Origin: an uncultured Staphylococcaceae bacterium | Lineage (GTDB): Bacteria; Bacillota_I; Bacilli_A; ML615J-28; CAG-313 | Assembly (NCBI GenBank): GCA_964541525.1 | Contig: CAZIQF010000005.1 | Location: forward strand, 5,114-69,113 | DNA length: 64,000 nt | Direction: 5' to 3' | Part shown: in pieces, positions 41,350 to 51,597 of the stretch | How positions within the stretch are numbered: the first letter of the stretch is position 1 | Layout of the letters: each line of letters begins with the position of its first letter | Translations under genes and position numbers: made by a program | Notes under the pieces: model-generated | The model's database searches: none | Told to the model about the DNA's origin: nothing | The model's input: only the letters and a program-made list of their open reading frames with translations

Positions 41350-43284
41350 ATGTTGGAAACATTTAGTACTAAAGCCGTTCAATTAATTGATGAGGCTAAA
41401 CAATTATCGAAAGAAATGTCTGAAGTATCAGGTACTATAGTTGAGGTCACTACCTATCATTTATTATTATCAATGTTTCTTGCGAATGATACGATTTGTC
41501 ATTTTTTGTTGAAAGAAGAAAATAAAACATTGGATGATATAGTTAATGCGAGAAATAAAATCACTTACACCGAAGAACTAGGAACCGTTTTTACAAAAGA
41601 ATTTGAAGCCATTGTCGCTTTAGCTAGTAGAATAGCCTTAAAAGTTGAATCGGAATATGTCTATGATGAACACTTATTTTATGCAATTTTAGAACATCAA
41701 GATAATCTAGCAGTTAAAGTAATTAATGAATTAAATCTAAATATTGATTTATTGAAACAAGACATTGAAGATATTTTTAATTTTTATCAAACAGAAATTA
41801 TTTATCAGCCCCAAAAAGAAGAACAACTAAAATATTTAATCTGTTTAAGCGATATAAAACACATTCATCCCTATATTACAAGAAGTACCTATATTGAACA
41901 AATGATTTATATTTTAAATAAACGACAAAAGAATAACCCTTTATTAATTGGTTCAGCAGGAGTTGGTAAAACCGCTCTAGTTGAAGGTTTAACTAAATAT
42001 ATCAGTGAAAAGATTTATGAATTAGATTTAGGGGGGATGATCGCCGGTACTAAATATCGAGGTGAAATGGAAGAAAAAATTATTAATGCAATAGAATATG
42101 TCAGCAAGAATAATGGAATTTTATTTATTGATGAAATTCACAATATCGTTGGTGCGGGATCAAATGATGGTAGTTTAGATTTAGCTAATCTTTTAAAACC
42201 ATATTTATCAAAAGGTGTAATTAAAATTATTGCAGCAACGACTTTAGATGAATATTATCAATATATGGATAAAGATAAAGCTTTGACCAGAAGATTTCAA
42301 AATATTTTTATTGATGAACCAACTAAAGAAGAAACCGTTACAATCTTAAAAGGAATTAAAACTAAATATGAAGAATACTATCATACTGTAATCAGTGATG
42401 AATTAATTGAATATATTGTCAAACAAACAGATGATAATTTGTTAAACAAAAAATTCCCGGATAAAGCAATTGATGTGCTAGACGAAACCTTTTCCAGATA
42501 TCGTCTAAAACAAGAAGATTTGAAAAAGTTAGTTCTAAAAGTAATTGAAAATATTAATGGAATCAAATTACCAACTAAAGAAGAAATCCAAACAATGAAG
42601 TTAAATTATGAAGAATTAGTCCCATTTTATTTACGTAAATTATATCCTCTAACTAATGTTAAAAATTTAGGCATTATTAAAGTTAATCATAATTTTAAAA
42701 TTAATCTCCTTTTAAATGATTTAAATCAAGTTTTCAATTTCAAGAAAGAAATGTTATTAACAATTGATGCAAATGACTATCAAACGATTGAATCAATTAA
42801 TAATTTAACCGGATCATCAAAAGGTTATGTTGGATATGAACAAGGTGGTTTACTCTATAATCATATTTTAAAGTATCCGATTAGTTTGATTTATCTTAAA
42901 AACTTTAATCAATCTGTGCCTAGTTTTAAAGTCTTTTTTAAAGACTTATTTAAAAAAGATTATATTATGGATGCTCATATGCGAATGATTTATTTGAAAA
43001 ATACGTTATTTATTGTTCAAGATATAGATAAGCAAATAACGGTTGGATTTGTTAATCAACAAAATCGTCAAAATAAATATTATGATTATTATCTAAAAAA
43101 ACAAATAACAATGGAAAATTTAGAGATAGATACGTATCTTTTAAAAAAAGGAATTATTATTGAAGGTTTAAAACATTTAAGTGAACAAGAACAACTTAAC
43201 TTATTTTATCAAGCGATTACTAAACCAATGGGAAAATATAAAGTAAAATTAGAACAAGAAACAATTGTGCTAGAACAGGTATGA
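41350..43284 (+). CDS. ClpC-like AAA+ protein: Clp_N repeats and intact D1 ATPase, but a catalytically dead D2 that retains the VGF ClpP-docking loop
   Basis: D1 has Walker A LLIGSAGVGKTALVEGL, Walker B ILFIDEIHNIV, and an arginine-finger region TTLDEY..ALTRRFQ. D2 aligns (GSSKGYVGYEQGG like GSPPGYVGYEEGG; VGFVNQQ like VGFNVQD) but lacks a GKT P-loop. Its Walker B DEIE is replaced by KNFN and sensor-1 N by D. Confidence 0.75.
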   Translation: MLETFSTKAVQLIDEAKQLSKEMSEVSGTIVEVTTYHLLLSMFLANDTICHFLLKEENKTLDDIVNARNKITYTEELGTVFTKEFEAIVALASRIALKVESEYVYDEHLFYAILEHQDNLAVKVINELNLNIDLLKQDIEDIFNFYQTEIIYQPQKEEQLKYLICLSDIKHIHPYITRSTYIEQMIYILNKRQKNNPLLIGSAGVGKTALVEGLTKYISEKIYELDLGGMIAGTKYRGEMEEKIINAIEYVSKNNGILFIDEIHNIVGAGSNDGSLDLANLLKPYLSKGVIKIIAATTLDEYYQYMDKDKALTRRFQNIFIDEPTKEETVTILKGIKTKYEEYYHTVISDELIEYIVKQTDDNLLNKKFPDKAIDVLDETFSRYRLKQEDLKKLVLKVIENINGIKLPTKEEIQTMKLNYEELVPFYLRKLYPLTNVKNLGIIKVNHNFKINLLLNDLNQVFNFKKEMLLTIDANDYQTIESINNLTGSSKGYVGYEQGGLLYNHILKYPISLIYLKNFNQSVPSFKVFFKDLFKKDYIMDAHMRMIYLKNTLFIVQDIDKQITVGFVNQQNRQNKYYDYYLKKQITMENLEIDTYLLKKGIIIEGLKHLSEQEQLNLFYQAITKPMGKYKVKLEQETIVLEQV

Positions 43285-43530
43285 TGACAATATAATGATA
43301 TTGAACTTATATTTTTTGATATAAGTTCTTTTTAATTTTGGCTTAAGTATTGATACAATAATATCATCAACAAACTTTAATCTCTTTATTTAGTTTATTA
43401 TTTTTTAGTTGATAGGGATTAATTTATTCACATCGATTAAATGATTATAAAAATAAAAAACTATATTTTAATATTTTTTTTGTTTGATGTGTTATAATAA
43501 ATATAAGTAGTATGTTTAATGAGGTGGACA

Positions 43531-46500
43531 ATGAAAAGAAGCGAAAATAAAACTTACCACATTCAATCCATAAATAAACATTTAGTTAATATATTAGAAG
43601 AAAATTATTATATCGAACTTGGTAATGTTGACTTACATATTATTGAAGCGATTTTAATTGGACAAACAGTAAATTTTAATCAAATGTTTGATTATAATAT
43701 CTTAACTAAAGGTATTGGCAAAATTATTGATGAAACAGATGATGCTCATTTTCAATTTAATTATTTATATGAACTTCATCAAAAATCATCATCATCGAAA
43801 TTCGTTTTAACATGTGGAACAATTAGATATTTAGATAAAACTGGGGTTGAAACATACGCACCGATAGTATTAATCCCACTTAGTTTAGATTATCTTAATA
43901 TGGAATTTGTAATTAATAGTTCACCAAAAATTAATAGTGTTTTTATTCGATTACTTAAAAGAAACTATCGAAAAGAAAAAGATCTATTAGAACAAAAAAA
44001 ACAAGAAGTGGTTCAAGAAGAAGCGATTAATTCAGTCACAGAACAGATCAATAATATCAATAATCTAATTCATAATCTTGATATTATCGAAGAAACTAAA
44101 CTTTCTAGTGTTTATGAAATTGATATGTTATGCAAACGATTAAGTGAACTAACATCATTAACCATTGATACAACTAATTACTTAACGGTTGTGGAAGTTG
44201 AGTATCCCGATTATATTGATAAAAAAGGGTTATTTGGTATTCAACGTTCAATCTATGAAATGAATGATATTGAACTATTAAACCAATATTTTTTAACTAC
44301 TCATGGGATTTTGACTAGTAATATTGAACAAAAATATATTACACTAAAGGCGCATCAAGGTGAATCATTTGTTGTTGATGGTCGTCTTGGTTCGGGTAAA
44401 ACGCAAACTGTAATTAATATTATTGGTGATTTTTTATTTGAAGCTAAAAGAGTTTTGTATGTTAACCATGATTTAGATAACATTAATGATTTTAGAAGAA
44501 AGATTAAATTTTTAGGTCTTGGTAGTTATCTATATGATTTAACTAAAAATGTTAGTGATATTGATAATGAAACCGAATTAGAAGTTAAAAAATATGGTAA
44601 ATTTAATTTTAATAAGATTAATGATCTTGCATCATATCGTAATATATATGATTATAAGTTTCATGGTTATCCCTATAGTTATATCCTAGAAAAAATTGCG
44701 ATTCGTAAAGCAAGACAAATTCAAAATAATGTCGTTTTAGAAGAAAACTTAGACCGCGAAGAAGTTGAATATATCTATAAAGCATTAAAACAAATAGAAT
44801 ATGAATTACAATTTATTGATCCATTACCAGATAATGTTTGGGGATCATTATCATCAGCAAAAAATGCTCCCGATGTATCAGAGATTATTGAACGAACTAA
44901 TAACTTGTTAGAACAAACGAAAAAATTACTTAAACTATTAAGCAAAATTGAAACAAAATATCATTTAGAAGAAATTGATTCTATATCCAATTTTCATCGT
45001 TTAATTGAACAAATGATCAGTTTTGTCAGTGTTAGACCTATCCTTAAATGGATTGAAACTGATTTTTATGAAAAATCACATCAAGCGTTAGCCGAAATTA
45101 ATAATGATATTGATATCCATTATAGTTGTACGACATTCTATAAACAACATTGCCCAGATGACTATCTTCCTGGCAGTATTAGTGAGGCTTTTAAAACAAT
45201 TATCCATAAACATTATGATATTAAAAATGCTTATAGTGCTGATTGTGTATATGTCAATGAATTATTATCATCATTTGATCAGTTATGTGCGCTTGTTGAT
45301 CAAATTAAAAAATGGGTTAAAGACTCAATAAATTGTTATGATTTATTAAAGAAGTATTTTAATTATGATACACCTAATCGAAATCAATTTATTTTATTTA
45401 ATAAGCTACTTAGTTTACTTCAAACTTATGAAATTGATGATGTATGGTTCTTAGAGTTTGTTGAAAACCCCAAAGAAATGATAAAAAAATCAATTACACT
45501 AAGTGAAGAATTTAAACAATTACAGACTTTGAGGGAATCACTTTTACCATATCTAACGTTTAATGAACTTATTTTTGTTAATGTAGAAGAAATTGTTAAT
45601 CATAAACGTTTTACCCGCATTTTAAAGAAACATCTTAATCAGCCTAAAATTAAACAAGATGGTTTAAGTGTAAATACCATTTGTTCTCGATTTAAAGCCT
45701 ACTATGAACAATGCTTATTGATTAAAAATGAACTACCAAAGCAAACATCATTTAATCAATTTGATGAACAAATTTGGAATGCTTATTTGAATTTTCTAAT
45801 TTTTGTCAGCAAATTAACATCATTTGAAACTAATAGTTTAGTTTATTTATTTAAGAATGGTTTAAATCAAAAGGGTGGATCAAAAGAACAATTAATTAGT
45901 AATTTACATCGCTTAAGAGAAAATCAAAAAGAATTAGAAATTATTGAACATCATTTAGGTAAATATAATATTGCAATAGCAGGGGATAATTTCTTAGAAT
46001 CGGTTTATTTTATTAAAAGTAATCTTAATTACTTAGACAAAGTAATTGATGCGATAAAGAAAATTCAAAATAGTTTTATTGATAGTAGGAATTTAAAAAC
46101 GACAGATATCTTAACTTTAATCGAAATTGATAATCAACACTTATTAGTACTCGACCGAATGGAAAAAAATAGTGATCGTTATGAACAATTGTTTGGTTCA
46201 GCATTTAAAAAATTTGCGACTCTAACATCAGAAATTACGCAATCAATTGAACGCTTTATGGAATTTATGAAACGTTTTAAAACTACTGATACAATAACTC
46301 AACAAGAACTACTTACGGTGCTCCTAGCTGAGAAACCATTTACGGATTTTTTAGATAATATTGGTTTGTTTACGAATAGTCATAGTGAATGGTTTAGTGC
46401 CTTAAGAGACTTTTCGACTTGTTTCTTTGGCGGAAAGATGGGGCTTCAAAATAGCACCTTTAAAGAGATTATTGCGTTATTAAAAGTTCATGTCAAAAAG

Positions 46501-47889
46501 ATTGATCAAGTCGAACATGTATATATCATTGAACATATTTTGGATACATTCTATCGTTATAAATTAGAAGATTTACCAAAAGGCATTCAATCAGGGAAAT
46601 ACGCAACAGGGATTGCTGAGGCATATCTTTATTCAACAATGTGTAAATATTACCACGATATGAAAGAACAAGGTTATATCCAATTTGATTTAGACGTTAT
46701 GAAAAAAACGGCAATAGCTTTTGATGAAGAAGAAAGTAAATACGCTGAAACCAATTTATTTAATTTAAGACATCATCATCATCGCTTTGGAAATAAGCAA
46801 AATAAAGATTTAAATGCTAAAGTTCTTGCGAATAAATCACTACCAAATAATAAAGGTTTATTTGTTAGTGATGTTGATGTTTTTAACAATATTGAAGATT
46901 TAAGTTATTTTGACTTGGTCATTATTGATGATGCTCATTTATCAACAGCTAATAAATATGCGAATATCTTAAATGCAAGGCAAGTCATTGTTTTTGGTGA
47001 CCGAATGTTCCAAACCTCAGTAACTAATACTTTAATGCAACGGGTTAAGAGTAGTAGAGTTGTGCCATTACGCAAACGTTATATCAAAATGAGAAACGAT
47101 TTTGGCAATATGTGGCAAGTAGATAATCAATTTATTTATTCACCACAACTACCATTAAATATAAGTGGCTATAATAGCTTAGAAGAAATGGTAATTGAAG
47201 TTGTCAAACAGTTTAAATTATATAAAGATACCCTTGATAAACGTACCTTCAATATTATTGTTGGATCTTCAGTTACTCGTAGAGAAGTTTACCGCATTTT
47301 AATTAACACCTTAAAACAAGAATATTCCACTGATGAAATAGTAATGATTGCCGATGATTTAATTAGAATTATTGCAGTAAATGGTGAATCAGCAAGGATT
47401 GCTTCGGAAGTGTATTTATGGTATGATGATATTGTTATGTATGATCAAATGGCTAAAGATTTAATTAAGCGAAATTATATTACTTCAAGCAAAAAAATAA
47501 ATCTTTGTTATCAACTAGTTAAAAATCCTAAACAAAATGAAGATATGCTTCAATCAATTAACGATTTCGTTGGTAATCATCTTGTCATAACTAATAATAC
47601 TGAGGGAATTGCGAAAATCATCTGTGAAGAATTAACTAAAAAAGGTATTGATATTGAACTAGGATATGGACATTTAGATTTAGTAATCAAAACGCAAGCG
47701 AAAAATATTGGGATTATGCTTTATGGTAAGCGAATTAATAATAGTTATTCAATGGTGGATGATTATTTATACTTTGTTAAAGAATACCAAAGAAATGGTT
47801 GGGAAATTAAACAATATTCAATGGAAGCAATTGCTGAATCACTAGATAATGTTCTAACTGATATTATTAATACAGTTAATAAAGGATAA
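43531..47889 (+). CDS. Giant (1452 aa) SF1-helicase-like P-loop NTPase with a ~840-aa helical insert between Walker A and motifs II/III
   Basis: Walker A VVDGRLGSGKTQTVINII at about aa 290. DLVIIDDAHLS (motif II-like) and VIVFGDRMFQ (motif III-like) at about aa 1130-1165. No clear motifs IV-VI. Own promoter TGTTATAAT. RBS GAGGTGG. Confidence 0.8.
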   Translation: MKRSENKTYHIQSINKHLVNILEENYYIELGNVDLHIIEAILIGQTVNFNQMFDYNILTKGIGKIIDETDDAHFQFNYLYELHQKSSSSKFVLTCGTIRYLDKTGVETYAPIVLIPLSLDYLNMEFVINSSPKINSVFIRLLKRNYRKEKDLLEQKKQEVVQEEAINSVTEQINNINNLIHNLDIIEETKLSSVYEIDMLCKRLSELTSLTIDTTNYLTVVEVEYPDYIDKKGLFGIQRSIYEMNDIELLNQYFLTTHGILTSNIEQKYITLKAHQGESFVVDGRLGSGKTQTVINIIGDFLFEAKRVLYVNHDLDNINDFRRKIKFLGLGSYLYDLTKNVSDIDNETELEVKKYGKFNFNKINDLASYRNIYDYKFHGYPYSYILEKIAIRKARQIQNNVVLEENLDREEVEYIYKALKQIEYELQFIDPLPDNVWGSLSSAKNAPDVSEIIERTNNLLEQTKKLLKLLSKIETKYHLEEIDSISNFHRLIEQMISFVSVRPILKWIETDFYEKSHQALAEINNDIDIHYSCTTFYKQHCPDDYLPGSISEAFKTIIHKHYDIKNAYSADCVYVNELLSSFDQLCALVDQIKKWVKDSINCYDLLKKYFNYDTPNRNQFILFNKLLSLLQTYEIDDVWFLEFVENPKEMIKKSITLSEEFKQLQTLRESLLPYLTFNELIFVNVEEIVNHKRFTRILKKHLNQPKIKQDGLSVNTICSRFKAYYEQCLLIKNELPKQTSFNQFDEQIWNAYLNFLIFVSKLTSFETNSLVYLFKNGLNQKGGSKEQLISNLHRLRENQKELEIIEHHLGKYNIAIAGDNFLESVYFIKSNLNYLDKVIDAIKKIQNSFIDSRNLKTTDILTLIEIDNQHLLVLDRMEKNSDRYEQLFGSAFKKFATLTSEITQSIERFMEFMKRFKTTDTITQQELLTVLLAEKPFTDFLDNIGLFTNSHSEWFSALRDFSTCFFGGKMGLQNSTFKEIIALLKVHVKKIDQVEHVYIIEHILDTFYRYKLEDLPKGIQSGKYATGIAEAYLYSTMCKYYHDMKEQGYIQFDLDVMKKTAIAFDEEESKYAETNLFNLRHHHHRFGNKQNKDLNAKVLANKSLPNNKGLFVSDVDVFNNIEDLSYFDLVIIDDAHLSTANKYANILNARQVIVFGDRMFQTSVTNTLMQRVKSSRVVPLRKRYIKMRNDFGNMWQVDNQFIYSPQLPLNISGYNSLEEMVIEVVKQFKLYKDTLDKRTFNIIVGSSVTRREVYRILINTLKQEYSTDEIVMIADDLIRIIAVNGESARIASEVYLWYDDIVMYDQMAKDLIKRNYITSSKKINLCYQLVKNPKQNEDMLQSINDFVGNHLVITNNTEGIAKIICEELTKKGIDIELGYGHLDLVIKTQAKNIGIMLYGKRINNSYSMVDDYLYFVKEYQRNGWEIKQYSMEAIAESLDNVLTDIINTVNKG

Positions 47890-47893
47890 GATT

Positions 47894-48400
47894 ATGCCAA
47901 GTAACAAAACAATGTTAATCTCGATTATTCATGAATTAAAAGAAAATGCTAATCATCTTGCGAAAATCAAGACCTTAATTAGGTTAAATCTTGCTAATGG
48001 TTTTGATCTTAATACCAAGTATATCAAAGGAAGAACCCTTGGACACTATATTGTTAAATATAATATTACCGGTTTAATTGGGTTTGTCTCTAAATTAGGT
48101 TTAAATTTAGATATATGTGATGATAATTATGATACACCATTACATATTGCAGTAAAAAACAATCGTTTAAATTTAATTAAAGAACTAATCAAGGCCGGTG
48201 TTGACATTAATATGGCAGCTGAATTTGAAGCAACTCCACTCCATTTAGCAGTCTCAGAAGGACACCTAGATATTGCCAAACTATTAATTAAGTCTGGAGC
48301 TGATGTATCACTAGTTGATGAACACAATTTAACAGCTCTAGATTACGCAATTGATGAAAAAAATGAGCAAATGATTAATTTACTCAAAAATAAAAAATAA
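47894..48400 (+). CDS. Ankyrin-repeat protein (about 4 ANK repeats)
   Basis: DTPLHIAVKNNRLNLIKELIKAGVDIN and ATPLHLAVSEGHLDIAKLLIKSGADV are canonical ANK repeats. Starts 4 nt after the giant gene. Confidence 0.85.
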   Translation: MPSNKTMLISIIHELKENANHLAKIKTLIRLNLANGFDLNTKYIKGRTLGHYIVKYNITGLIGFVSKLGLNLDICDDNYDTPLHIAVKNNRLNLIKELIKAGVDINMAAEFEATPLHLAVSEGHLDIAKLLIKSGADVSLVDEHNLTALDYAIDEKNEQMINLLKNKK

Positions 48401-48418
48401 AAAGAAAGAAGGGAAAAT

Positions 48419-49216
48419 ATGATTGAACAGTATTTAGAAATGATCGGTTATACCGGTGAATATCGTTATATTATTTTTGCGATAGATCTAATCTTATCCT
48501 TAGGATTATTTACAGTTCTTTCAATAATGTTATATAAGAAGTTAAAACGAAAAACGGTTTTTTTAGTAGCAGCTAGTTATTTTATTGTATCAACAATTAC
48601 TACGATTTTAGATTTACAATTAGTTAAACTAGCCCTAATAACAACATTAGCGATTGTTTGTGTTGGTGCTTTAGTGATTGGTAATTTTGAACAAAAGAAT
48701 GGGGCTAAACCTCATCAACAACAAACAACAAACAAAGAAAATAAAAATTTCGTTTCCAATCAAGATGCGAAAGCGGCTTTAATTGAGACATTAGTCACAA
48801 CAGTTGAATATCTTTCATCTAGAAAAATTGGTGCGATTATTACCATTGAAAAAGAAAATAGTTTAAATCTATATATTAACAAAGCCGTAATTATTGATGC
48901 TGAAGTATCTTGTGAATTGCTTAAAACGATTTTCTTCCCAAACACCGCTTTACATGATGGAGCTGTTATTATTAGAGGAAACCGCATTATGTGTGCTGGT
49001 GTTTACTATAATCACTTAGCTGATAAAGAAGGATTAGGTGAACTAGGAACTCGCCATCGGGCGGCAATTGGAATTAGTGAAGAAACTGATGCTTTCACCC
49101 TTGTTGTATCAGAACAAACAGGAATTATTTCAACAACAATTGGGGGAACGATCACCAGAGAATTAAATGATCAAGAATTAAGAGTTTCACTTAATCAACA
49201 CATTATCGTTCAATAA
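48419..49216 (+). CDS. cdaA: Membrane-anchored diadenylate cyclase (c-di-AMP synthase), CdaA type
   Basis: Three N-terminal transmembrane helices. DAC domain motifs IGAIITIE, HDGAVII, LGTRHRAAIGISEETDA, VVSEQTGIIS. Confidence 0.9.
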   Translation: MIEQYLEMIGYTGEYRYIIFAIDLILSLGLFTVLSIMLYKKLKRKTVFLVAASYFIVSTITTILDLQLVKLALITTLAIVCVGALVIGNFEQKNGAKPHQQQTTNKENKNFVSNQDAKAALIETLVTTVEYLSSRKIGAIITIEKENSLNLYINKAVIIDAEVSCELLKTIFFPNTALHDGAVIIRGNRIMCAGVYYNHLADKEGLGELGTRHRAAIGISEETDAFTLVVSEQTGIISTTIGGTITRELNDQELRVSLNQHIIVQ

Positions 49217-49228
49217 TAGGTGGCAAAG

Positions 49229-50446
49229 ATGAACCTATTATCAATGAGTAAAAGTTTAGCCATTTACCAAATGGTTAATAAATATGAAATTGTGCTATAT
49301 GCAATCTTATTTGGAGCCTTAGTCTTAACAATAATCAGCAAATCGATTATTAGCCGTAAAGTTGACTTTATTACGATTATTTTACTAATTATTCTCATAG
49401 CCATTATCTTTATTCCCGCTATAAATCTATCCTTATTTTACTTATTGATGATTTTATCGTATATCTATCTTTGTTTAATTAATGTCGATTTATATCTAAA
49501 ATTCATCTTTAAACAAACCCGAAATAAAAAGTTGTTAGAACATATAAAAAATGATACAACTGATTATTACTTGAGTTTAGATTTAAAAAACAAAATCTTA
49601 GATTATAGTGGTTCATTATTAAATTTAACGAAATTAACGGATAAACAAATTAGAAAAAGTAAGAGTTGGGAATTATTATTTAAACATTTGAATGTCGTAA
49701 AACTAAATAATGAAGTATATGGTAAAGAAGTTTTAGCTAATTTTATTTTAAGTTTAGAAAAAGTCGTAAGTAAATACAAACTATATCAATTTGATATCGA
49801 AGTAAAAAACGAAGAAATCACTAAATATAATTGTTTTATTCAAGCCATTTACTATAAAAACTTAAAAATTGGTCTAAATGTATATATCTATAGTGATAAA
49901 ATGCAAGTATTAACAAGATTAAAAGAAAATTTAGATGTGACATTAACTTCACTATATAATTATAAAAAAAGTTTACATATTTTAATGTCCCTTCAAGAAG
50001 GCATGGCACTATATTTTGACTATCAAGAAAAACTTTATTACGCAACTGAAAGTTTTAAAAACTTCATGAACAATAATAAAACAACATATACTTTCCAAGA
50101 AATATATGAAATGATTGCTGATGATGACAAAGACAGTTATGTTGAAGAAAGTAGAAACATCAATAATCTAAATATTAACCGCATTAAGTTTAAACTTTTA
50201 TTAAAAGATGAAGTATATTTCGCAATTGAAGATTCAATTAATTTATCTACTGATGATAATGAATTGGTATCAGTGATTAAAATTTTAGGTCTTGCATCTA
50301 AAGTAGATAGTAGTCCAATTCTATCAACTCAACAAACAATTGATCTAATGAAAGAATTCGCTCAAACACCAGTAACGCCAATTGTTTATGAAATTGAAGA
50401 ATTATTAAATAGTGTTTTAGAAAAAGAGGAAAAAGATGAAAAGTAG
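49229..50446 (+). CDS. Membrane protein of unknown function in the CdaR/YacL position
   Basis: 2-3 N-terminal transmembrane helices, then about 300 aa of mixed alpha/beta sequence. No YbbR, PIN or TRAM signature recognised. ATG after RBS AGGTGG. Confidence 0.6.
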   Translation: MNLLSMSKSLAIYQMVNKYEIVLYAILFGALVLTIISKSIISRKVDFITIILLIILIAIIFIPAINLSLFYLLMILSYIYLCLINVDLYLKFIFKQTRNKKLLEHIKNDTTDYYLSLDLKNKILDYSGSLLNLTKLTDKQIRKSKSWELLFKHLNVVKLNNEVYGKEVLANFILSLEKVVSKYKLYQFDIEVKNEEITKYNCFIQAIYYKNLKIGLNVYIYSDKMQVLTRLKENLDVTLTSLYNYKKSLHILMSLQEGMALYFDYQEKLYYATESFKNFMNNNKTTYTFQEIYEMIADDDKDSYVEESRNINNLNINRIKFKLLLKDEVYFAIEDSINLSTDDNELVSVIKILGLASKVDSSPILSTQQTIDLMKEFAQTPVTPIVYEIEELLNSVLEKEEKDEK

Positions 50447-51551
50447 TTTTGTTTTATTGATGGGTGGAGTAGGTAGTAGAACAAATTTAACTATCAATAA
50501 AACCCTATTAGAAATTGCCGAAAAGCCCATTTTCCTATATAGTTTAGAAACAGCAATTCAATCACATTTTGATGAATATATCTTAGTCATTAAAAAAACT
50601 GAATTAGAAATCATCAAAACATATTTAACAAAATTTCAATTACAAGATCAAGTCAAAATTACATATGGTGGGGCGACTAGAGGTGAAAGTGTAAAAAATG
50701 GGTTAAAAGCCGTAACTACGGATATTGTATATTTTCATGATGCAGCGAGACCACTGGTAACTAAACAAGACTTAGACGCTCTAAAGGAAGCAGCAGACAA
50801 CTATAACTGTGGAACTTTATATCATCTAATTCCTGATACTTTAAAAAGAATCAAACCAAATGTTATAACCATTGATCGTAATAATATTTATGCAGTAAGC
50901 ACACCACAGTTTTTTAAAAAAGCCCTTTATCCAACTATTTTAAATAATCAGCAAGATATTACGGATGAGATTAGTTTATTTGAACAAACTGAACCAATTG
51001 GTTTTGTTAAGGAAAGTTCGAATAATATGAAATTCACAACCATTCAAGACTTAGATTATTTAAAATACCAATTAAATAAAAAAGCAACCTATATTGGTCA
51101 CTCATTAGATTATCACCCTTTTTCAGATCATGGCACTTTAATTTTAGGAGGAGAACTAATAGAAGGTTATCCAATTTTAGAAGGTCATAGTGATGCCGAT
51201 GTGATCTTACATGTTGTAACTGAGGCGATTATGGGTGCAGCATTATTGGGAGACTTAGGAACATTATTTCCGGATAACGATCCTAAATATAAGGGAATTG
51301 CCTCATCTAAATTATTAGCGGAGGTAGTTAGAAGAATTCAAGATTTGGGCTATGAAATAGTTAATATCGATATTACTGCTTATTTAATCAAACCTAACTT
51401 GAAAAATTATAAATTAAAAATGGCAGATAATATTAAGAAATTAACTAATACAACGCACGTTAATGTTAAAGCAGCAACTTTAAATAAACGTGGATTAATC
51501 GCTTTAGAAGCAGGCATTGGTGCGGAAGCAGTCGTATTACTAAAAAAATAA
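50436..51551 (+). CDS. ispDF: Bifunctional IspD/IspF (MEP cytidylyltransferase / MEcPP synthase) fusion
   Basis: N-terminal LMGGVGSR (IspD) and C-terminal GHSDADVILH..GDLG..FP (IspF) in a single 371-aa frame. Confidence 0.85.
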   Translation: MKSSFVLLMGGVGSRTNLTINKTLLEIAEKPIFLYSLETAIQSHFDEYILVIKKTELEIIKTYLTKFQLQDQVKITYGGATRGESVKNGLKAVTTDIVYFHDAARPLVTKQDLDALKEAADNYNCGTLYHLIPDTLKRIKPNVITIDRNNIYAVSTPQFFKKALYPTILNNQQDITDEISLFEQTEPIGFVKESSNNMKFTTIQDLDYLKYQLNKKATYIGHSLDYHPFSDHGTLILGGELIEGYPILEGHSDADVILHVVTEAIMGAALLGDLGTLFPDNDPKYKGIASSKLLAEVVRRIQDLGYEIVNIDITAYLIKPNLKNYKLKMADNIKKLTNTTHVNVKAATLNKRGLIALEAGIGAEAVVLLKK

Positions 51552-51597
51552 ATAATTTGATCTCATAATTAATAAAATATTATGAGGTCTTTTTTAT

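Noticed and set aside
43519-47889. Possibility that the giant protein is a diverged RadA (it sits in the radA slot after clpC)
   Set aside because: No C4 zinc finger, no RecA-like GxxGxGKS plus KNRFG arrangement, and no Lon-protease-like C-terminus. The motifs instead resemble SF1 helicase Walker A, II and III.
49229-50446. Calling the 408-aa membrane protein CdaR (YbbR) or YacL
   Set aside because: Neither YbbR beta-repeats nor PIN/TRAM signatures could be recognised by eye. Only the positional analogy is noted.
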